In this document: piece after piece, positions 17,408 to 25,907 of the stretch
Layout of the letters: each line of letters begins with the position of its first letter
Numbering within the stretch: the first letter of the stretch is position 1
NCBI GenBank assembly: GCA_964510585.1
Contig: CAZECW010000118.1
Location: 5,552 to 37,551 of the forward strand
Origin: an uncultured archaeon
GTDB lineage: Archaea > Asgardarchaeota > Jordiarchaeia > Jordiarchaeales > Jordiarchaeaceae
Length of the DNA: 32,000 nt
Direction: 5' to 3'
Position numbers and translations under genes: made by a program
Notes under the pieces: generated by a model
The model's input: the letters and a program-made list of their open reading frames with translations, nothing else
What the model was told of the DNA's origin: nothing
The model's database searches: none

Positions 17408-18229
17408 TTAACTGATTCCAAGGAGTCGCTTCGGGTTTTCTTCGAATAGTTTTGTGAGTATACCTTCTTTAAAGGGGAGCTGCTTTAATTCTTCCACTAT
17501 TCTTTTTCTGGGCAGAAGGGGGTAGTCTGAACCGAAAAGCGCCTTGTTTCTCAGAGGACCATTAATGTAGCTTATTACTGGTTCTGGTATGTGTCTGGGA
17601 GCCCACCCCGCCAAATTAATGTAGACGTTGGGATTCCTCTGACACACAGCTATGGCTTCGTAAAACCATGGAAAACCGAAGTGAGCGATGACAATTTTGA
17701 GGTTTGGGAAGTCCACCGCTACATCGTCAATGTATAGGGGTTGACAGTACTTTATGCGTGTTCCAGAGTGGAACTGAGTTCCAGTGTGGAAAAGAACCGG
17801 TATCCCTAGCTCCTGGGCTTTTTCATAGACAGGATACATCACTTTGTCGTTGGGATAAAGTTCAAGAAGGTGAGGTAAAAGTTTGAGTCCTTTTAACCCC
17901 AATTCTTTAACAGCTCTCTCAAGCTCTCTTACTGCTAGAACACCTTTATGGGGGTCCACCCCCGCGAATCCTATTAGTCTATCTGGGTACTGGCTTACCG
18001 CCTTTGCAACCAGCTCGTTTGAAACCTTGTATCCCCACACGGTTTCAGCATCTATTGCCACTATGACTGCTTTGTCAACTCCTGCCTCATCCATATCCTT
18101 TATTTCGTCTTCAAGCTTGGGCCCCGCAAAACCGGTTCCGAAAACAGCCAAGTAGCCCGCCTTCATATGTTCAGGCATAGCCTTGAAAGCTTCCTCATTC
18201 CAGAGCTGACTATGGGTGTCAATAATCAA
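17408..18229 (-). CDS. Amidohydrolase family 2 (TIM-barrel metallo-hydrolase/decarboxylase)
   Basis: 'IIDTHSQ', 'RLIGFAGVDP', 'GLKGLKLLP', 'VLFHTG', 'IAHFG', 'NVYINL' and 'LFGSDYP'. The TTG at 18229 has a GAGGTG SD (the track starts at 18238). Confidence 0.92.
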   Translation of the reverse strand: MIIDTHSQLWNEEAFKAMPEHMKAGYLAVFGTGFAGPKLEDEIKDMDEAGVDKAVIVAIDAETVWGYKVSNELVAKAVSQYPDRLIGFAGVDPHKGVLAVRELERAVKELGLKGLKLLPHLLELYPNDKVMYPVYEKAQELGIPVLFHTGTQFHSGTRIKYCQPLYIDDVAVDFPNLKIVIAHFGFPWFYEAIAVCQRNPNVYINLAGWAPRHIPEPVISYINGPLRNKALFGSDYPLLPRKRIVEELKQLPFKEGILTKLFEENPKRLLGIS

Positions 18230-18266
18230 TAAAACCACCTCAAATATACAGCTAAAGTTTTTATTA

Positions 18267-18281
18267 CAGAAGTTTCTTCTG
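18267..18281. promoter_or_regulatory. Perfect 6-3-6 palindrome in a divergent promoter region (candidate operator)
   Basis: CAGAAG-TTT-CTTCTG lies between the divergent amidohydrolase and Fe-S genes. Confidence 0.35.
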
Positions 18282-18387
18282 GTTTTAATCCCTTTCGTCA
18301 GAAAAACTGTTTAAAACTAAAAATTCAAAAATAAGAATATTCTAGTTATGTTTAGCTCTTCTTCGATTTTATGAGGATGTGGAGATA

Positions 18388-19236
18388 TTGTGCAAATTCT
18401 GTAAGATGCATGCTCAAGGTTATGGTAAATGGTATCTTAATCCTAAAGGGTTCTCTGAAGAATTTTTCTATAAGCTCTCGTCATTAGACCGAATTCTGGG
18501 TAGGGAGCCTAGGAAAGTTAGAGATGCAAAAACTGTCTCCGAATCAGCTTGGTACCCGATCCGAATTTCAAAAATGATGGATGAGGTTAACTGGGCAAGC
18601 CTCCCATTTGTAGGTCGCCTAGTTAGAATCTACGGGAACTATGTTGCCATCCGCGACCATGCGGCTCAAGTGGTTCCATTAGAGGATGCCTTAAAAATAG
18701 TTGATTTGAGCCACGATCATGTTCTATATCCCTGTATGTGTAAGAGACTCTTCAAGGGGCAGGACGAATACAAGTGCCTAAACTACGCCCCAATCACCGA
18801 AATAAATAGGAAGGCAATCAGAGGTTGGAAGGAAAAAAGACTAAGCCCCGAGGAAGCGAAGGAAAAGCTACAAGAATTCGACGAAAAGGGTTACGTACAT
18901 GCGGTATTCTGGTGGTGTGAGATGCCTCAATCCATCTGCATCTGCAATTGCGATACCAAATACTGCTATGCTGCAAGACCGAGAATATGGTATGGTATTG
19001 AGAACGCTTATCGCAAAGCAGAGTATGTATCCGAAGTTGACATCGACAAATGTATCGGCTGCGGCGAATGTGTAAAGCGCTGCCAGTTCGGGGCAATCAG
19101 TCTAGGAAAAGACAACCGTGCATATGTAGACCCTAAACTATGCTTCGGATGCGGGCTTTGCAGAATGGCCTGCGAACAAAACGCCATTAACCTTTTAGAC
19201 AGGAATACTCATCCTCTTGCGAGAGAAATCTGGTAG
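18388..19236 (+). CDS. Fe-S protein with a C-terminal 2[4Fe-4S] ferredoxin domain and extra Cys clusters
   Basis: 'CIGCGECVKRCQFGA' and 'CFGCGLCRMACEQNA', plus 'CKFCKMH', 'CMCK' and 'CICNCDTKYC'. The TTG at 18388 is preferred (track 18379). Confidence 0.88.
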   Translation: MCKFCKMHAQGYGKWYLNPKGFSEEFFYKLSSLDRILGREPRKVRDAKTVSESAWYPIRISKMMDEVNWASLPFVGRLVRIYGNYVAIRDHAAQVVPLEDALKIVDLSHDHVLYPCMCKRLFKGQDEYKCLNYAPITEINRKAIRGWKEKRLSPEEAKEKLQEFDEKGYVHAVFWWCEMPQSICICNCDTKYCYAARPRIWYGIENAYRKAEYVSEVDIDKCIGCGECVKRCQFGAISLGKDNRAYVDPKLCFGCGLCRMACEQNAINLLDRNTHPLAREIW

Positions 19237-19247
19237 AGGTTCTAATA

Positions 19248-19511
19248 ATGGTCAAATTCGAATACAACTCCCAAAAATGTATTCTACCTCACGATCCTTC
19301 GGAGAATCGTCCAACAAAATGCTTAAAATGCTTAAGTATCTGCCCACACTCCCTGCTAATGTTCAAGCCAACAAAAGAAAAAAGTGAGGATGGAGCACCC
19401 AAAAGGTACGAAATCTATTTAACCTTCAAAGCCTACGCGGACAAGTATTGCCCACAATGCCTAAAATGCGTCGAAAAATGCCCCAACCAGGCAATAAAAA
19501 TATCAATCTAG
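19248..19511 (+). CDS. Small ferredoxin-like protein
   Basis: 'CLKCLSICP' and 'CPQCLKCVEKCP'. It starts 11 nt after the previous gene's stop. Confidence 0.85.
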   Translation: MVKFEYNSQKCILPHDPSENRPTKCLKCLSICPHSLLMFKPTKEKSEDGAPKRYEIYLTFKAYADKYCPQCLKCVEKCPNQAIKISI

Positions 19512-19645
19512 ACCCCAAACCATGTTCAACACACAAAGGATTCACTTAGCAAGCCGGTTTTTAGGAAACCAAAAAAGTTAAGTATTACACAAAACCTTTA
19601 TGCTAATTAATTTATTTTTCAGCACTCCTAGGTCAGTGATACCAA

Positions 19646-20914
19646 TTGTTGAAACGTAGCCTACCACTAAGAATCGTCTTTATTATTCTGTTCATCGCTG
19701 TGTTTACCTCGATGCTCGGGATCGGGATAGTCGCACCCATACTGCCGCTATACGCTGAACAAAACCTAGCGGCTTCGGGAATCTGGATTGGCTTAATATT
19801 CTCGGGATTCGGCCTCTCTCGAACAATTGCAAGCCCCATAGTGGGGCGAGTGTCCGACGTAAGGGGCAGAAAAAATTTTCTAATAATCGGACTGCTGGGC
19901 TACGCCCTTACCGGTTTAGGTTACGTTATAGCCAATAACGTGGTTCTCCTCACCACGATACGCTTCGCCAACGGCTTCACCTCCGCCATGGTTCTACCCG
20001 TTTCCCAAGCCTACATAGGTGACCTAACGCCGAAGGGGAAAGAGGGAACCTACATGAACACATTCATGACCTCACTCATGGTCGGATTTGGAGTAGGTCC
20101 CTTCATAGGTGGCTGGATGTTTGACAATTACAGTGCAGCCGCAGCCTTTTACACCATGGCCGCCCTAAGCGCAATTGCCCTAGTTCTGGTCATAGTTTTC
20201 CTCCCCAATCTTGAGGATATAAAAAGAAATCCCGGCCCAGTATTACAGAAAATCAAAACTGTTACCACGACAAACTTTAAACCCTCAGTGAGAAATGCGT
20301 GGAAGGACCCCCATGTAAAGGGGATAATGACTTACAGAACAAGTGTTGGTCTTTCAAGAAACGCTTTGGTATCCTTCCTACCAATTTTTCTAACGTCAAA
20401 ATTTGCAGCCTCAGCCACCCAAGTCGGAATAGTTCTCGCCATATTTCTCTTGGTAAGCGCCTTACTCCAACCCCTCATGGGTCTGGCCTCGGACCGCTTT
20501 GACAGAACAAAACTAACCGTTATGGGTATGAGTGTTGGAGCAGCTCTAATACTTATTATGCCGTTTGTTCCCAGTCTGGAGGGAATAATACCGCTGGTTG
20601 TTCTCGCTCCAATTTTCTCTGCTGCCGCCGAGGCTCCCGCCTTAGCCTTGGGAACAGAGGCGGGAAGAAAGCACGGTATGGCTACTGTCTTAAGCCTTTA
20701 CGACACTGCTATGGGAATAGGAATGGTGGGAGGCCCCCTAATATCCGGCTTATTTGTGGACAACCTTGGAATCAGCAGCATGTTTTATCTCTGGGGAGTG
20801 GTGGGCTTCATAGCCGCAATAATTTGTCACCTACATTTAAGAGGAAAAAACAACGAAACCCCCCAAGAAAAACCAGAAAACGTAAAAATCGTTGAAAAAG
20901 GAACAAGCGAATAA
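19646..20914 (+). CDS. MFS transporter (DHA1/TetA-like, 12 TM)
   Basis: 'MLGIGIVAPILPLYA', motif A 'GRVSDVRGRK', motif C 'GFGVGPFIGG' and second-half 'GLASDRFDR'. Confidence 0.93.
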   Translation: MLKRSLPLRIVFIILFIAVFTSMLGIGIVAPILPLYAEQNLAASGIWIGLIFSGFGLSRTIASPIVGRVSDVRGRKNFLIIGLLGYALTGLGYVIANNVVLLTTIRFANGFTSAMVLPVSQAYIGDLTPKGKEGTYMNTFMTSLMVGFGVGPFIGGWMFDNYSAAAAFYTMAALSAIALVLVIVFLPNLEDIKRNPGPVLQKIKTVTTTNFKPSVRNAWKDPHVKGIMTYRTSVGLSRNALVSFLPIFLTSKFAASATQVGIVLAIFLLVSALLQPLMGLASDRFDRTKLTVMGMSVGAALILIMPFVPSLEGIIPLVVLAPIFSAAAEAPALALGTEAGRKHGMATVLSLYDTAMGIGMVGGPLISGLFVDNLGISSMFYLWGVVGFIAAIICHLHLRGKNNETPQEKPENVKIVEKGTSE

Positions 20915-20968
20915 GTAGACTCGCAATTTAAAAAAAGGTGGGAAGGGGTGGAAGGCCTTTTATCTTGT

Positions 20969-21178
20969 TTACTCTGGACGCTCTACTTCGAAGATTACTT
21001 TTATTCTGGCTCTGTAGGCTGCTACTTTGTCGTTTTCAATTTTGCAGTCGAATTCTTCAACTGAGACTCTGGTTATGTTTCGCAGAGTTTTTGCGGCTTC
21101 GGCTACTGCGCTTTTGACGGCGTCCTCCCAAGACTTCTCAGATATGCCCACAAGTTCAATCATTTTCCATACAGGCAT
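20969..21178 (-). CDS. Dodecin (small flavin/nucleotide-binding protein)
   Basis: 'VWKMIELVGISEKSWEDAVKSAVAEAAKTLRNI...YRARIKVIFEV' is the dodecin pattern. GAGGTG SD. Confidence 0.95.
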   Translation of the reverse strand: MPVWKMIELVGISEKSWEDAVKSAVAEAAKTLRNITRVSVEEFDCKIENDKVAAYRARIKVIFEVERPE

Positions 21179-21211
21179 GATTCACACCTCATCCTTACAA
21201 AATATATTATT

Positions 21212-21228
21212 TATATTTTATAAATATA
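21212..21228 (-). promoter_or_regulatory. TATA-containing palindrome upstream of dodecin
   Basis: TATATTT-TAT-AAATATA includes TTTATAAA (21217-21224), about 40 nt upstream of the ATG. Confidence 0.5.
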
Positions 21229-21811
21229 TATGAATATTATTAAGTCTAAAAAGTCCTATATTAAGCTTTCCAAAAAAGGAAACAAAACCCAAGAAAATCA
21301 AGCCTCAAACAAGCCATCAAAGTCCAACTTACTTCTGCCCCTCCTAAATTTTTCAACATAGAGTGGGCTTAATTTTCGGGGGGATTCTGATTTGGGTGTC
21401 TGGAAAACTCAAACCGAAAAGTAGTGATTGGAGAAGCGACACAATACAGGTTCCCCGCTTATATATGTGGGAGATAAAAGGTAAGCTTATATCGGGATAG
21501 CGAGTTGCACCGAAAGTTTTACAAGAATAGCCTTTAAGGCTACTATTAGAAATTTTGGGTTCCAGATATTTGGATTTGCAGCTGAGGATTACTGTGTGAG
21601 CCTTAATCTGGGAAGCTTTTTGTGTCCTCATAAAGATCAATAACGCGACTTATGTTGGGCAGGATTGATTATAATTAATTAGTTTAGAGTTTTGTCGAAG
21701 GACTTTTTAGATGGGTTTATTTTCCTGTTATCCTAAGGTCTAAAGCTTTGAGATAAAAATATTATTGTTTAGCTTGTTTAGTATTATGTTGGCGTTTTTG
21801 AGGTGAGGCAA

Positions 21812-23113
21812 TTGAGTATTATGGATGTGGTTTTGAAGGAAATTGATTCGAGAAGAGATGATATAGTTAAACTGGTTCAGGAGCTGATCCGTTATAAGAC
21901 TGTGAATCCTCCCGGAGATACTGTTGAAATTGCTGGTTTCATGAAGGATTATCTTTCTGATAGTGGCTTGAGTGTTAATCTCTATGAATCGCAAAAAGGA
22001 AAGGTGAGTGTGGTGGGAATACTGAGGGGGCGGGGTAAGCGTAGATTCATTTGGGATGGTCATGTGGATGTTGTGCCGGTATCTAATCCTGAGGCTTGGA
22101 TTGCTGATCCTTGGGAGGGTAAAGTGGTTGATTCGCGTATTATTGGCAGAGGGGCTGCAGATATGAAAGGCAATGTTGGAGCTGCTATGGTGGCGGCTAA
22201 GGTTCTGGCCGAGAAGGATGTGGGTCTTATGGGGGATCTGGTTCTGGCTTTGGTTCCTGATGAGGAAACTGGTGGATATTTGGGTTCTGGTTTCCTTGTG
22301 GATAAAGATGTTTTAAAGGGTGACGCCTGCATTGTGGGCGAATTCTCCCCCTTTAATACACTGTGCGTAGGTGAAAAGGGTATATTATGGCTGAGCGTGA
22401 AGGCTAGAGGAATACCTGCTCATGCCAGTGTGAAATTTCTAGGTGTTAACGCTATAGATCTGCTGTGTCAGTTCTGCTTTGAGTTATACAAAATTGAGCA
22501 GGTGGATAGAACGCTTCCCGAAGATGTCAATAGGATAATAGATGCGATACAGCCCACCTTGAAACAGCTGGAGGCCCTGGGATTTCCTAGGGAGTTGATT
22601 AACAAAATGTACAAAAGATTATCTGTAAATGTGGGTATGATTAGGGGAGGAGAAAAGGTAAATATCGTTCCAGCTAATGCGGAGGCGGAAGTGGATATAA
22701 GAATCCTACCTGGAATGGACTATGACCAGGTTAAAGAGGAAATTAACAAAATCCGAATAGACTTTAACAAAACTTTGGAGAAAACCTATCCAAATCTAAA
22801 GTCTGCGGGAATAGAGGGAATCACAGTGGAAGAAACACTTAGATTTGAACCCTCCTACCAAAAACTCGACGCGCCTTTAGTTCCGCTGGTGAAAAATGTT
22901 ATAAAAAAGGTAACCGGTAGAGACCCATTACTATTTGTGCATACTGGAGGTACAGACGCTCGATTCTTCCGCGCTAAGGGCATTCCAACAGTCTGCTATG
23001 GTGCAGGCTCAGAAACTCCACATGGAACTAATGAATATGTACCGATAGAGAATCTGATCGAAGCCACAAAAGTTTACGCACTCGCTGCTGTAGATATCCT
23101 AGGCACTACTTGA
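21812..23113 (+). CDS. M20 family metallopeptidase/deacylase (ArgE/DapE-like)
   Basis: 'TVNPPG', 'DGHVDVVP', 'GRGAADMKG', 'DEETGG', 'GE', 'HAS', 'GGTDARFF' and 'HGTNE'. The TTG at 21812 follows a GAGGTGA SD (track 21803). Confidence 0.93.
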   Translation: MSIMDVVLKEIDSRRDDIVKLVQELIRYKTVNPPGDTVEIAGFMKDYLSDSGLSVNLYESQKGKVSVVGILRGRGKRRFIWDGHVDVVPVSNPEAWIADPWEGKVVDSRIIGRGAADMKGNVGAAMVAAKVLAEKDVGLMGDLVLALVPDEETGGYLGSGFLVDKDVLKGDACIVGEFSPFNTLCVGEKGILWLSVKARGIPAHASVKFLGVNAIDLLCQFCFELYKIEQVDRTLPEDVNRIIDAIQPTLKQLEALGFPRELINKMYKRLSVNVGMIRGGEKVNIVPANAEAEVDIRILPGMDYDQVKEEINKIRIDFNKTLEKTYPNLKSAGIEGITVEETLRFEPSYQKLDAPLVPLVKNVIKKVTGRDPLLFVHTGGTDARFFRAKGIPTVCYGAGSETPHGTNEYVPIENLIEATKVYALAAVDILGTT

Positions 23114-23354
23114 CCTTGAATAAAGTTCTTAGAATTTTCATTGCTTCATCAATATTCAAATTTTCCAATTTTTTCGCTTCTTCGTAGTGGTCTCCGCAGA
23201 ACCATCCCGCATAGGGCGGATGGCCAGTCATTCCCCCTTTTCTCATTTTTTCATCCCACTTATAATCGTCTGGTCGCTTTTTGAAATAGACCAACCCTCC
23301 CTCTTCACGGTCTCGAAAATCTTTATAACATATGTAGCATATTGGAGGTTTCAT
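23106..23354 (-). CDS. Small hypothetical Zn-binding protein (C-x2-C ... C-x2-H)
   Basis: 'PPICYIC' and 'GHPPYAGWFCGDH'. AAGGGTG SD. It overlaps the M20 gene end convergently by 8 bp. Confidence 0.8.
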   Translation of the reverse strand: MKPPICYICYKDFRDREEGGLVYFKKRPDDYKWDEKMRKGGMTGHPPYAGWFCGDHYEEAKKLENLNIDEAMKILRTLFKVK

Positions 23355-23781
23355 AAAAACACCCTTTAAGTGAAATTGTTAAGCTTGTGAGGAGCTTAAA
23401 TGTATAATAAGTGTGTTAAACTACATAAAAACATTATTGAAGGAAAAGTTTCTGTAAAAAAATTACTTACTTTATCTGTTGCTGTGTAGATTTTCTCTTT
23501 AATTTTTTTTAAACTGTTTCAAAAATGGGGCTATATTACCTCCTTTTCGCTAATGGAGGAGAGAAAGGGAGATTTTCACGGGAGGCGAAAAGGAAAAAAT
23601 CAACGAGAAAGTGTGTAGAATAACTGATGATGGTCATCTTTGTATTAGAGGAGGACTTTATATTTGGGGATAACTACTTATCTGTGGGCATCCTCGTAAT
23701 TAAGCATTTAAGATGTGAGTGTGGTGGTTGTTTCTTCAAGTTCAGTCGATGTATTTTTCTATAGTAGGGTGGTGAGTTTGT

Positions 23782-24903
23782 TTGTCGTTGGCAGATGTTT
23801 TGGACCGTGTTATTGAGAATTTGGATAGATTTGTTAATGAGGCGGATCTTGGTGATCCTTTCTTTTCGGGTTCGGGATACGTGGCGTATCCCTTTAGTGT
23901 GGAGAATTTTAGGGAGATTAAAGGTACTGGGTCTGAACGCAAAATGGCTTTTGTTGATGGGGGGAATCAGGAGATTGTGGGTGCTCCAAATTTTTCAATT
24001 CAGATTAATCGGGTTTTTTTCAACATCTTCCAGAATAAGAAGCGGGTTTTTGAAAGTGTGATGCCGAGGAGAATAGAATTTTTTTCGGTCACCTTTTCAA
24101 ATTTTAGGCAGAGCGAGATATATTATGACACCTCGATTTTCCCGGTAAGTGAAGAATTTGAAAACTATCTTCCAGACACTCGGGATCTCTCATTCAGCTC
24201 CATGGATCGCAGCGTGATGCAGGGGAATCTCAGAGCGGACATAGCAACAGTTTCCTCTATAGCGAGAAGATTCGCAGAGTGGGAATTCGCCAAACACGTA
24301 ATAGAGAATGAGCTAGAAGAAAAAGATGTCATTGTTATGGATGGCACCCTCCAAACCGCGTTTACCAACGAGTCTAAATACTCAAAGGCTGTCTATGAAC
24401 TGGCTAAAAAGAAGGGCGTTATTGTTACCGGTTTAACTAAGACCTGCGGCCTATTCACCACTACGGGCTTATCTCTTCTTGGGGCTGCAAGAAAATTCGC
24501 AAAAAACAACAATATAATATACCCCATGTGGTACTATTATCCTGTCGCAGAAGCCTTTAGCCCAGTTCACGAGGCAGTCATACTCTTAGTAAAACTCAAT
24601 CCTATGACGGAGCGAATCTTCCGATTCGAAATATATAGGGAACAGGCAAAAAAATTAAGTATAGAAGAAATAGGCGAGATAGTGGAATCTCTTTCCAACA
24701 ACTCTGCAGACATCACATTTCCAGGATATCCCTACGGACTTATAGACGCAGATTCAAACGCCCGGGTCCGCTCCGACGAAATGCAAAGATACAAGTATGC
24801 CCTGCTTTCAGCAATATCTAAAAAAGGTATATGGGGGAAATTTGCGAGACACATCCAAGCCAAAGACGCGCACGATAAGCTAAACCAACTGACCCACTGG
24901 TAA
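23782..24903 (+). CDS. nurA: NurA 5'-3' nuclease
   Basis: 'AFVDGGN', 'RRFAEWEFA', 'VMDGTL', 'GLTKT' and 'GYPYGLIDAD', plus proximity to herA-mre11-rad50. GGTGA SD. Confidence 0.88.
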   Translation: MSLADVLDRVIENLDRFVNEADLGDPFFSGSGYVAYPFSVENFREIKGTGSERKMAFVDGGNQEIVGAPNFSIQINRVFFNIFQNKKRVFESVMPRRIEFFSVTFSNFRQSEIYYDTSIFPVSEEFENYLPDTRDLSFSSMDRSVMQGNLRADIATVSSIARRFAEWEFAKHVIENELEEKDVIVMDGTLQTAFTNESKYSKAVYELAKKKGVIVTGLTKTCGLFTTTGLSLLGAARKFAKNNNIIYPMWYYYPVAEAFSPVHEAVILLVKLNPMTERIFRFEIYREQAKKLSIEEIGEIVESLSNNSADITFPGYPYGLIDADSNARVRSDEMQRYKYALLSAISKKGIWGKFARHIQAKDAHDKLNQLTHW

Positions 24904-24987
24904 AAATAGTCCTCCCCAAAACCTGCTCAATAAGAATTACACTCACTAAATCTCTCCACTTCCTTCCAGTTCGAACCAGAAGCAACT

Positions 24988-25113
24988 TTATGTGGTAGTT
25001 GCGGCCTTCGCTTTCGCTGCTTTTGCTGTTTTTGCCTTTGCCTTTGCCTTTGCTGGTTTTGCTTCCTTTTCTTTTGGTTTTTCTTCCTTCTTCTTTCCAA
25101 ATATCCAACTCAT
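24988..25113 (-). CDS. 41-aa Lys/Ala-rich microprotein MSWIFGKKKEEKPKEKEAKPAKAKAKAKTAKAAKAKAATTT (not in ORF track)
   Basis: Translated by hand from ATG 25113 to TAA 24988. GAGG SD 12 nt upstream and TTTATA box at 25170-25175. It has a codon-phased (Ala-Lys) repeat and does not overlap other genes. Confidence 0.7.
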   Translation of the reverse strand: MSWIFGKKKEEKPKEKEAKPAKAKAKAKTAKAAKAKAATTT

Positions 25114-25354
25114 AATCTAATCAGTCCTCGCTCCAATTTTTTGCAAGAGGGTTTAACCCTAATTGTAGATATAAAGTCTTATAATTTTTAGCCTAATTAT
25201 CCTAATAAAAGTTTTCCAAAAATGTTCCTATTTTTTGGGCTGAGAATATGGAATTGTTATAGATGAGGAGAGTGGAGCAGAGTAAACGGGTGCTTCGCCT
25301 TTTGAATTTTTGAGCTTCTCCCTCGAATTTTTTAGAGTTTTTCTCTTTACGTGT

Positions 25355-25489
25355 TCATTTGCCTTTTGATTTTTTTCTTTTCGGGCTGGACTTTCTTTTC
25401 TTTTTAGTTTTCCGTCTCCTCTTTTTCTTTGATCCGAATAAGTCATCTATTTCCTTCTCAGTTTTTGGACCGATTATTCTTTTGCCCAA
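25355..25489 (-). CDS. 44-aa Lys/Arg-rich microprotein MGKRIIGPKTEKEIDDLFGSKKKRRRKTKKKRKSSPKRKKSKGK (not in ORF track)
   Basis: Translated by hand from TTG 25489 to TGA 25355. A strong AGGGTGA SD lies 7 nt upstream, the same spacing class as nurA and mre11. TTTATTA box at 25538-25544. Confidence 0.65.
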   Translation of the reverse strand: MGKRIIGPKTEKEIDDLFGSKKKRRRKTKKKRKSSPKRKKSKGK

Positions 25490-25907
25490 AAAATTTTCAC
25501 CCTAACATGTAGTAAATTGCTTAATTTATTTCTTGGCTAATAAATATTTGTGGAAAATTTAAATTTCTTCTTTGGAGATGAGAATTGTTGATTGGTATGG
25601 GGTGCTTATTATTTATCCTAAAATTTTGGGGTCTGTTGTTTTAGTTGGGAGAATGTGTGGGGTTGATTAGGGCTCTTGGCTAATTGGTTTAGAAGGAAAT
25701 CTTAAAAAAACCTACATGGTCTGCATTTCAAGACAAATGAAAACGTTTTTCATGTTAAAGTGTCTTAGATGACCTATTAGAGCAAGTAGTGGTAAATGTT
25801 TGTATCCTTATAAATGGAATCGCAGACAATTTTTAGAAAATATTAAAGACGTTGAATGTTGAGTTTCAAATTGAAGTCTTTCTATTTTCATAGTTGGTGG
25901 GTAAAAT

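Noticed and set aside
17382-17449. Strong SD-like GAGGATGTGGAG plus ATG antisense to the amidohydrolase 3' end (the same 12-mer occurs at 18373)
   Set aside because: It opens only a 16-codon frame and is better explained as the complement of a C/A-rich 3' flank.
21353-21640. 95-aa minus ORF and other short frames in the 600-bp dodecin/M20 gap
   Set aside because: No SD and no motif, with non-coding-like composition. No tRNA or structured RNA was recognised here either.
23525-23673. Protein-like stretch (MGLYYLLFANGGE / EIFTGGEKEKINEKVCRITDDGHLCIRGGLYIWG) upstream of nurA
   Set aside because: It needs a frameshift, has no SD and matches no recognisable family, so it is too weak to call a pseudogene.
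25033-25053. (TGCCTT)n microsatellite-like repeat
   Set aside because: Explained as codon-phased Lys-Ala repeats of the 41-aa ORF, not an independent repeat or CRISPR element.
24818-25108. 96-aa ORF in the track (MDIWKEEGRK...)
   Set aside because: It is a shifted frame of the 41-aa ATG ORF, overlaps nurA antisense by 86 bp, and its C-terminal half looks non-coding.
25228-25446. 72-aa basic ORF in the track (MTYSDQRKRG...)
   Set aside because: It is an alternative frame over the A-rich sequence of the 44-aa ORF at 25355-25489, which has the stronger SD (AGGGTGA) and a more coherent sequence. It is not fully excluded; frame conservation would decide.
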